From Elusimicrobiota bacterium (lineage in GTDB: Bacteria; Elusimicrobiota; Elusimicrobia; Elusimicrobiales; UBA9959): a stretch of 11,346 nt of DNA. The stretch is taken from contig JBAXKK010000079.1 in NCBI GenBank assembly GCA_037137395.1, positions 1 to 11,346 on the forward strand, written 5' to 3'. The position numbers and the translations under genes were made by a program. The notes beneath the pieces were generated by a model. That model was given only the letters and a program-made list of their open reading frames with translations. It was not told the DNA's origin and made no database searches. Below are positions 4,849 through 11,346 of this stretch, one piece after another. Within the stretch, counting starts at the first letter, position 1. Every line of letters starts with the position of its first letter.

Positions 4849-7140
4849 ATGTCCAGAATTATCAGAAAAAAAATCCTCATTAAAGGCGTTGTCCAGGGCG
4901 TCGGCTTTAGGCCGCATGTCTATAAGCTCGCGCTTGAGCATCAGCTTTCAGGCTGGGTGCGAAACGACTCTTCCGGCGTCACTATAGAGGCGCAGGGCCG
5001 GGGCCCTGATCTCGGTCAGTTCATAAAAGATCTGACAGCCCGTAAGCCTCCGGCTTCGCGGATAGATTCCATTAAAACAGTAGTTCTTCCAATCTCGGGC
5101 GGCAGTGAGTTTGCCATAGTAAAAAGTGGCGGAAAGGCAAAAGCGGAAGCGCGCATACCCGCCGATCTCGCCCTTTGCGCCGATTGCCGGCGCGAACTTT
5201 TGGACCCATCAGACAGGCGCTATCTTTATCCCTTCACTAATTGCACCAATTGCGGCCCGCGCTTTACCATAGTTAAAAATATCCCGTATGACCGCCCGCT
5301 TACAACTATGAAGCGGTTCAAGATGTGCCCCGATTGTCTCGCGGAGTATCTGGACCCCCTGGACAGGCGTTTTCACGCCCAGCCTAACGCCTGCCCGGTT
5401 TGCGGTCCCAAAGTCAGCGCCATTCTGAACGGCAGGCGCTTTGACGGGGCCAACGCTCTTGAACTGGCGGCAAAATATCTCATTGAGGGGAAGATAGTCG
5501 CTCTGCAAAGTCTGGGAGGCTTCCATCTTGCCTGCGATGCCTTGAATGCCGCCGCCGTCCGCAGATTGCGGAATTTAAAGGATCGTCCCGCCAAACCTTT
5601 TGCCGTTATGTTCAGCGCTTTGGCGGAGATCGCTAAATTCTGTTTGCTCTCAAACCCTGAAAGCGCGGCGCTTGAATCGTCCGCGGCTCCGGCTGTTATG
5701 CTGAAGAAGAAATACCCGGTCGCGCTTGGCATAGTCGCGCCGGGGCTTGATACCATAGCCGTTATGCTCGCTTACACGCCGCTCCACGGCGCGCTTTTTC
5801 AGCTTTTGCGCTCGGAAGGATTTAGAAGTCCGCTGGTCATGACTTCAGGCAACCGGCGGGATGAGCCTATCTCAAAAGACCGCGCCGAAGCCGAGGTCAA
5901 CCTCGGACCGCTGGCCGATCTCATAGTCTTCCACGACAGGGAAATACATAACCGCGTTGACGATTCAGTGGGATTTTTTGCCGCCGACGCTTTTCGTCTT
6001 GTCAGGCGGGCCCGCGGCTGGGCTCCGGATTCGATCAGGCTGTTATTTTCCGCCGCTGAGAGTGCGTTGGGTTGTGGCGCGGATCTCAAAAGCGCCTTCT
6101 GCCTTACCCGCGGAAAAGAAGCGTTCCTTTCGCAATATATAGGCGATCAGACTGAATACAAGAATCAAGTGTTTTACGCTGAAACCCTGGCCAAGACGCG
6201 AGCCCTCTTAAAAGTAAGCCCTGTTCTCATAGCCCATGATCTTCACCCGGATTACCATTCCTCCGGTTACGCGCGGTCCCTAAAAGGAGTGAAAGTAGCT
6301 GTGCAGCATCATGTGGCGCATGTTCTGAGCGTCGCCGCGGAGCATGCTATTGATGCTCCGTTCATCGGGGTCGCTTTTGACGGCACGGGTTACGGAACGG
6401 ATGGCCATATATGGGGTTCTGAATTCTTTGTTATAAAGGGAAGCTCATGGCGGCGGTCCGCCCATCTGAAATACTTCGCCTTGCCCGGCGGTGACGCCGC
6501 GGCGCGGGAGGTCTGGCGCCCTGCCCTGTCGCTTCTTAAAGCCGCTCTGGGGCCAGGGTGGAGGCGTGAAGCCGGGGCGCTTTTTAGCGGGGTGGAGGCT
6601 GGCACGCTGGATACCGTTGAGAAGCTTTCCGACAAAGGATTAAACGCCCCGCTTACTTCCGGCATGGGCCGGCTTTTTGACGCCATAAGTTTTATCGCCG
6701 GGCTTGGGGCCGAGGCTACTTACGAGGGCCAGGGGCCGATGGAGCTTGAAAGCCTGTGCGTTAGTCCGTCTGCGCGTGGTTACGCTTTTGATATAGAAAA
6801 AAAGAACGGTGTTTTTATAATAGATCCGGCGAAGGCCGTCCTCGGGGCTTTGCGCGAGCGCGGGCCGGGGAGAGCGCGGGCAATATCGGAGGAATTTCAC
6901 GCCGGGCTGGTTGTCACGCTGGTTAAAACGGTTTCCGCTATCAGCCTGGAAACCGGCATAAAAACTGTGGCTTTATCCGGCGGAGTTTTTCAGAACCGCA
7001 CTCTGCTGACCTTAGGTGTGGAAAGACTGACGCGTGCCGGCTTTAAAGTTTTAGCGAATGAGAAAGTCCCGGCCAACGACGGCGGAGTAGCGCTGGGTCA
7101 GGTCTACTACGCTCTGAAAAAATTCCGCCAAATTATTTAA
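4849..7140 (+). CDS. hypF: Carbamoyltransferase HypF (763 aa)
   Basis: Acylphosphatase domain (GVVQGVGFRP, GWVRN), two Zn fingers (CADC...CTNCGPR; CPDC...CPVCGP), YrdC-like domain (KPFAVM, VMTSGN) and Kae1-like domain (HDLHPDY, QHHVAH, DGTGYG, PANDGG). Confidence 0.98.
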   Translation: MSRIIRKKILIKGVVQGVGFRPHVYKLALEHQLSGWVRNDSSGVTIEAQGRGPDLGQFIKDLTARKPPASRIDSIKTVVLPISGGSEFAIVKSGGKAKAEARIPADLALCADCRRELLDPSDRRYLYPFTNCTNCGPRFTIVKNIPYDRPLTTMKRFKMCPDCLAEYLDPLDRRFHAQPNACPVCGPKVSAILNGRRFDGANALELAAKYLIEGKIVALQSLGGFHLACDALNAAAVRRLRNLKDRPAKPFAVMFSALAEIAKFCLLSNPESAALESSAAPAVMLKKKYPVALGIVAPGLDTIAVMLAYTPLHGALFQLLRSEGFRSPLVMTSGNRRDEPISKDRAEAEVNLGPLADLIVFHDREIHNRVDDSVGFFAADAFRLVRRARGWAPDSIRLLFSAAESALGCGADLKSAFCLTRGKEAFLSQYIGDQTEYKNQVFYAETLAKTRALLKVSPVLIAHDLHPDYHSSGYARSLKGVKVAVQHHVAHVLSVAAEHAIDAPFIGVAFDGTGYGTDGHIWGSEFFVIKGSSWRRSAHLKYFALPGGDAAAREVWRPALSLLKAALGPGWRREAGALFSGVEAGTLDTVEKLSDKGLNAPLTSGMGRLFDAISFIAGLGAEATYEGQGPMELESLCVSPSARGYAFDIEKKNGVFIIDPAKAVLGALRERGPGRARAISEEFHAGLVVTLVKTVSAISLETGIKTVALSGGVFQNRTLLTLGVERLTRAGFKVLANEKVPANDGGVALGQVYYALKKFRQII

Positions 7141-7148
7141 CAGTTGGG

Positions 7149-7191
7149 AATAAAAAAACAGCCCTTTCATCATGAAAGGGCTGTTTTATTT
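7149..7191. terminator. Bidirectional Rho-independent terminator between hypF and the C11 peptidase
   Basis: A7 tract (7152-7158), stem CAGCCCTTTCA (7159-7169), loop TCA, stem TGAAAGGGCTG (7173-7183), then TTTTATTT. It lies between convergent stop codons. Confidence 0.92.
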
Positions 7192-7210
7192 AAAGCCAAT
7201 CAACTCTTTT

Positions 7211-8608
7211 TTACTTGTTTAACCACTGAATAAACTCATCCCATTTGCCATTAGCGGACCAGGCAAGCTTTGAGTAGTTGGCGTCATAACCGTACGCGGG
7301 CAGATAAATGCCCAGCCCGGAGGAAGTCTTATAGGCATTGCCCGAAGTGGCGTTTTTAAACACTATTTTCCCGGCGATGAAATTTATAACTTCCACGCTC
7401 TTCGCCTTCAGTTCCGGGACCTTGGTTTTTGAAGCGGTCAGCGTCAGGAAGTGGGTGAAATCCCTGGAATCAACCCCTTCGTACTCCATGGCTTCGTTCA
7501 GGGCCTGTTTAATCAGGTCTTTTTCTCCCTTGCTCATGGCCAGGACGGTCCACTGGTCTACCAGCGCCCGGAAAGCTTCCAGGTTTGTGGTAGTAACTGC
7601 GGATTGGGTCGTGCCCTGACCTTTGCCGCTGTAGTACTGGTTATAGCCATCCACGGCCGCCGTGGCCATGACCTGCGGGGTCAGGTTGTACTGGTTTTTG
7701 TGGACCCGTTCAAGAAAGAAGTCGTAAGCCCAGCCGTCCCCCGGTTCTGTTTCCTCCGAGCCGACTATTACGGGGACCGAATCTTTTAATTCGTATATAA
7801 CCTCGCTCATCTGCATGAGGCAGGCGTCGGATGCGTAGAGGTCTACGCCTCCCATTTTTTTCAGCGCCAATCCCAATTGGCCTGTGGTTATGCCGTTGCC
7901 AGTTTCATCGTCGTAGGAAATGCCTTTCATCGCGAGCTTGGGCTCCAGCGATTTTGTTTTCCAGCCGTCGCCGTGGTTCCATACTATCAGCATATAGCGT
8001 TTGGCGGGATATCGGACTTTAGCCCACAGGACGAAGTCTGCCAGATGATTGTAGTCGCCCATGTCCGCGCCCGTAAGGGTCTCGATTACTTTTGAACCTA
8101 TCTCGCGGGTGTCGGTGTCCTTCACTATCTCGTATCGCCTGACGCCCGACCAGTCGGTGGTCTTGGCTGTTAATGTGTGGGTCTTACCCATGAATGGAGG
8201 CATGGACGGCCCGTCCGTCTGCGGAACTATTCCATTGTAGTCGGGGTCGAAATCATCATAATCACCGCCCGGATAGCTTTCAGGCTGATCAGAATACTTG
8301 GTGCGGCCGGCTTCGGTAATAATGTTGATATTTGATGTAGGGCCGAACACTTCCATCTCATTCATATCTTTTATGACATACGAGGAAAGGTTGTTTTTGC
8401 CGTTCATAAAGACCATTATGGTCCAGTCTTTTGCGGCTTTATTGTCCATTTCTCCTGAAGAAGGAACTGCCGGAACATCTATCTTAGCGGCCTGCTCAAT
8501 TATATCCTTGAGAGATCTGCCGGTGTCAAAAGAAAATTCCTGCGCGCCCGCGCCGGCGGCCAAAAACATCGCCGAGATTAAAAGATTTATTATGCTTGGT
8601 TTTTTCAT
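7211..8608 (-). CDS. Secreted clostripain-family (peptidase C11) cysteine peptidase, 465 aa
   Basis: Signal peptide (MKK...AGAGA|Q), WTIMVFMNGKNNL, DMNEME, catalytic His in LIVWNHGDGW (H212), catalytic Cys in SDACLM (C263), GSEETEPGDGW, and SSGLGIYLP. SD AAGGA upstream. Confidence 0.93.
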   Translation of the reverse strand: MKKPSIINLLISAMFLAAGAGAQEFSFDTGRSLKDIIEQAAKIDVPAVPSSGEMDNKAAKDWTIMVFMNGKNNLSSYVIKDMNEMEVFGPTSNINIITEAGRTKYSDQPESYPGGDYDDFDPDYNGIVPQTDGPSMPPFMGKTHTLTAKTTDWSGVRRYEIVKDTDTREIGSKVIETLTGADMGDYNHLADFVLWAKVRYPAKRYMLIVWNHGDGWKTKSLEPKLAMKGISYDDETGNGITTGQLGLALKKMGGVDLYASDACLMQMSEVIYELKDSVPVIVGSEETEPGDGWAYDFFLERVHKNQYNLTPQVMATAAVDGYNQYYSGKGQGTTQSAVTTTNLEAFRALVDQWTVLAMSKGEKDLIKQALNEAMEYEGVDSRDFTHFLTLTASKTKVPELKAKSVEVINFIAGKIVFKNATSGNAYKTSSGLGIYLPAYGYDANYSKLAWSANGKWDEFIQWLNK

Positions 8609-8661
8609 TGAAGTTCCTTTTTACCGGTATTTGTGTTGCGTCGATGCAAGCGTTCTTCTGT

Positions 8662-8667
8662 ATTATA
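8662..8667 (-). promoter_or_regulatory. Candidate -10 element for the C11 peptidase
   Basis: Minus-strand TATAAT, about 54 nt upstream of the ATG at 8608. No consensus -35. Confidence 0.45.
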
Positions 8668-8867
8668 GTTTAGCGCATTAAAACCGTTGAGCCTTGGGCC
8701 GAAAGGGCAGTTTGCTCAAAAATTATGGCCTATATGTTTGTGAGCCTAAAGACCTATTGAACGCGCGGAGCGCTACGCCCATGCCTTTGCGGGTTTCGCT
8801 GTCTTTACATGCGGGGTCGCTGTAAAGGCCGGGCTCTGATTTTTCCCGGCTGTTATGGGGATTTTTT

Positions 8868-8876
8868 TGATAAAAT
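8868..8876 (+). promoter_or_regulatory. Candidate extended -10 for the M15 peptidase
   Basis: TGaTAAAAT ends 10 nt before ATG 8887. No SD upstream of that ATG. Confidence 0.4.
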
Positions 8877-8886
8877 ATCCATTCTG

Positions 8887-9729
8887 ATGCCAAAGCTTAA
8901 ATTTGCGTTTATTCTTCCTTTGCTTATTCTGGCTTTAAGCCCCCGCGCCTCCGCGCAACTGCTCGGGCCCGTTGCCGCGCCTAATGTGCAAGTCGGCGCC
9001 TCATCCCTGACGGAGCGGTTTGCCTATATTCCGGATTACTCCATAACGCTGGCCAGCGCTGCCGCGCAGCAGGTCACTGAGGAGGAAGTTGTTGATCTGG
9101 AAGAGGGCGGGGAGAGCGATGTTGATATCTTTATAAGCAGCGCGTTGGCGTACACTCCGGAACCTGTGAACCTGGGCGGCAATGGCAGGCTAACGCTGAC
9201 CAGGAACGATAACGGGGAGAAGTTAACCGTGCGCTACCGCCTGGCGGACGGGTCCTATGATCCGGAAGCTCTGGCTAAACTGAACCACATTATGCGCTGC
9301 AGTCTTACCGGGAGCGAAACGAAGATAGCTGTTAAGCTGATAGAGCTGCTGGATGCCGTGGAAGATAAGTTTGGAAAAAAAGGCCTCGTTCTTTTAAGCG
9401 GTTACCGCACCTTTAAAAATAATGGCCGCATCCCCGGCGCGGTCAGGCATAGTCTTCACATGCTGGGCTGGGCCGCTGATATAAGGATACCCGGCTACAG
9501 TTCCACAAAAGTTAAAAAATACGGCCAGAAAATGTGGGTCGGAGGAGTGGGGTATTATCCTTATAAAGGATTTACCCACCTTGATGTGGGCAAAAGCCGC
9601 TACTGGTCTGTCAGTCGTCCTCCCCGGCGCCATCGCGTCCGGCGCCGGATAAATAATACCGCTGCCCGCAAAACTCACTCTGCCGCTAAAACCGCCGCCG
9701 GGCAAAAGTCGCCTAAAAAGAAATCATAA
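8887..9729 (+). CDS. YcbK/DUF882-like peptidase M15 family Zn-metallopeptidase (probable peptidoglycan endopeptidase), ~280 aa
   Basis: Signal peptide MPKLKFAFILPLLILALSPRASA from ATG 8887. Blocks YDPEALAKLNHIMRC, LSGYR, SLHMLGWAADI (His, Asp Zn ligands) and GGVGYYP..GFTHLDVG (His ligand). Confidence 0.88.
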   Translation: MPKLKFAFILPLLILALSPRASAQLLGPVAAPNVQVGASSLTERFAYIPDYSITLASAAAQQVTEEEVVDLEEGGESDVDIFISSALAYTPEPVNLGGNGRLTLTRNDNGEKLTVRYRLADGSYDPEALAKLNHIMRCSLTGSETKIAVKLIELLDAVEDKFGKKGLVLLSGYRTFKNNGRIPGAVRHSLHMLGWAADIRIPGYSSTKVKKYGQKMWVGGVGYYPYKGFTHLDVGKSRYWSVSRPPRRHRVRRRINNTAARKTHSAAKTAAGQKSPKKKS

Positions 9730-9777
9730 AATATACGCCTTAATTAAAGATCCAGGAAACGGCGTCTCTCCGGCATT

Positions 9778-11346
9778 TTAATGCTTGCGCGGTATCTCTT
9801 TATGCACTGCTGCCGCGCCGTAGCCTTTAGTCCCGTCAATGAGGTTGACCAGTTCTTGAAATCGCCTATTAACGCCGCCAGGCTCCAGCCGGCCACCCTT
9901 GTTTAGAACCTGTCCTGTTCTGTCATCGATGAAGACATATTGATCCGGGGGAACTATCTCGCCGTAGACCCAGCGCTCGGTGGAACCGACAGTGGTGAGG
10001 CTGCTTCTTTTAGCCGGAAGCGGGACGCGGAATATATAATGGGCCATTATCCCCTGCAGATCAAGGTGGGAACGAATCTCAGTATCCTCGCCGGCGGGCA
10101 CACCCTTTCCAATAATGAGGAGGGGAACCCGATAGTTCTCCGGGTCGGAAGCGGCGCTGCGCTCACCATGGTCCGATACCACGATGGTCAGCGTCTTGTT
10201 CTTAAGCCCCGCCTTTGCGAGACCATTTAATAATTCTGTTAAGTAATTGTCATAGTATGAAAGCTGGGTCAGGCCGGTGGAGGCCATCCACTCGGGCGTG
10301 TGGCCGTACACGAGTTCCGAAAGAACGAAGGTGCGCGGGGCGGAAGCCATATGCTTAAGAATCAGCGGTAGAGCCGCCCTGTCTTCGGTGGCGGATTCCA
10401 TTCGGCTTGTGCCGAGAGAAGTCCAGCCATTCAGATCGGAAAGGTCGCGCCGGTCGGCTATACGATCCCATTGCTGGCGATTGGGAACGAACGGCTGGTA
10501 TTCATAAGTGCTGATGAAGAGTGTGCGATATTGCTTCTTCCTCAGAGCTCCGGGGGCGTTAGGCAGAGCGTTGACGCGCTCGTAGCGCGACGGGTCGGCA
10601 TAGGAGCGGAACGGCACCTGGAGCGACGTCGTCATCGCGATTAAACTTGTGTATGAGTCTAAATTCGTCGTCCAGTAGTTGCGAAAGTAACGGGCATGTT
10701 TCGCGTTGCGCTCGCTGAATCCTCCCGGCTTGTTCAGGAACTCCGACTCGAAGCGGGCTGCGGTGACGCCTTCGAGAACCACAAGCGCAATGTGGTCGTA
10801 TTCAGGGGAGCGATCTGATTCGAGCGGACTGATTGTAGTAAAGGCGGATAACCCGGTAGACGCGCCTGGTATCAGCCTCGGTACGGCACGCGCGCCGCCG
10901 TGTGCCAACTCACGGAACTTGTCTTTAATGCTGAAGACGATGGGATTAGGCGCCTCCCCGAATAAGGTTGCCAGAGTTAGAATGAACAGTGTTGTAACAA
11001 GAGTCCGCTTAAGCGGCAGGCGAAGAAAAGTTAACCTCGGGGCTGCGATTCCCGCACAAAGCGCGATCGCGGCCGGCCAGAGCATCCCTATCCCGGCGTA
11101 CTCGCGAAGGAACACCGTGGCCGTATCTATATCGGTGTTGAACATATTGACCGGAAAGGCCAGAGAACTTTGGAGCATGCCGGGGTAGAGCGCGAGAGTC
11201 GCGCCAAGAATGATCAACGCTCCCCGGGACACCGCCGCCACTAATCCAACACATGATAAGGGCATTATAAGTGCCGCAAGGCTGCCACCCGCTATCACAA
11301 GCGCAATGAGGGAGAGATCCTGAACCCAGGAGACCAGGTGAGGTAT
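9778..11346 (-). CDS. Membrane-anchored alkaline-phosphatase-superfamily (sulfatase/LTA-synthase-like) hydrolase/transferase, 5' end outside the window
   Basis: The frame stays open from 11298 to the window edge (IPHLVSWVQDLSLIAL...). Several N-terminal hydrophobic segments. Metal-site motifs LVVLEG, YGHTP, VVSDHGE and downstream YRVPLLI. Confidence 0.8.
   Translation of the reverse strand: MPHLVSWVQDLSLIALVIAGGSLAALIMPLSCVGLVAAVSRGALIILGATLALYPGMLQSSLAFPVNMFNTDIDTATVFLREYAGIGMLWPAAIALCAGIAAPRLTFLRLPLKRTLVTTLFILTLATLFGEAPNPIVFSIKDKFRELAHGGARAVPRLIPGASTGLSAFTTISPLESDRSPEYDHIALVVLEGVTAARFESEFLNKPGGFSERNAKHARYFRNYWTTNLDSYTSLIAMTTSLQVPFRSYADPSRYERVNALPNAPGALRKKQYRTLFISTYEYQPFVPNRQQWDRIADRRDLSDLNGWTSLGTSRMESATEDRAALPLILKHMASAPRTFVLSELVYGHTPEWMASTGLTQLSYYDNYLTELLNGLAKAGLKNKTLTIVVSDHGERSAASDPENYRVPLLIIGKGVPAGEDTEIRSHLDLQGIMAHYIFRVPLPAKRSSLTTVGSTERWVYGEIVPPDQYVFIDDRTGQVLNKGGRLEPGGVNRRFQELVNLIDGTKGYGAAAVHKEIPRKH

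Noticed and set aside
548..6900. Antisense and alternate-frame ORFs within the hyp operon (e.g. 548-1102, 2215-2652, 3101-3652, 4018-4719, 5373-5756)
   Set aside because: They are shadows of well-supported genes and have no recognisable motifs.
7338..8681. Plus-strand ORFs opposite the C11 peptidase
   Set aside because: They are antisense shadows without motifs.
8687..8830. Possible c-di-GMP-I or other riboswitch (GAAA tetraloop, GCAAA words)
   Set aside because: The conserved elements are not in the required order on either strand, and the region lies upstream of both candidate -10 elements, so it is probably untranscribed.
8809..8886. N-terminal extension of the M15 peptidase from ATG 8809
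   Set aside because: The signal peptide begins at ATG 8887, and the extension contains the promoter-like sequence.
9730..9777. Terminator between the convergent M15 peptidase and sulfatase-like genes
   Set aside because: Only a 5-bp ACGCC/GGCGT pairing with a long loop is present, which is not supportable.
9940..11254. Plus-strand and alternate-frame ORFs over the sulfatase-like gene
   Set aside because: They are shadow ORFs with no recognisable features.
1..11346. CRISPR array, transposase, integrase, selenoprotein or frameshifted pseudogene
   Set aside because: I saw no spaced direct-repeat array and no recombinase motifs. All hyp frames are intact, with no in-frame TGA readthrough needed.

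Overview
Bacterial chromosomal window of moderate GC. Left end: two minus-strand tRNA genes, tRNA-Tyr(GTA) then tRNA-Ser(GGA), neither with encoded CCA. They are divergent from a plus-strand [NiFe]-hydrogenase maturation operon, hypC-hypD-[LysR regulator]-hypE-[uncharacterised ~5-TM membrane protein]-hypF, closed by a strong bidirectional intrinsic terminator. The operon has no hypA/hypB and no hydrogenase structural gene. The right third holds three envelope/secreted enzymes: a clostripain-family (C11) cysteine peptidase (-), a YcbK/DUF882-type M15 Zn-peptidase (+), and a membrane-anchored sulfatase/LTA-synthase-like protein (-) that is cut by the window edge. Most interesting: the two non-canonical genes inside the hyp operon, an inverted array of 7-mer repeats with a coupled mini-ORF between hypD and the LysR gene, and a mispaired tRNA-Ser acceptor stem. 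An Elusimicrobiota-like origin is my impression from protein style only and is unverified.
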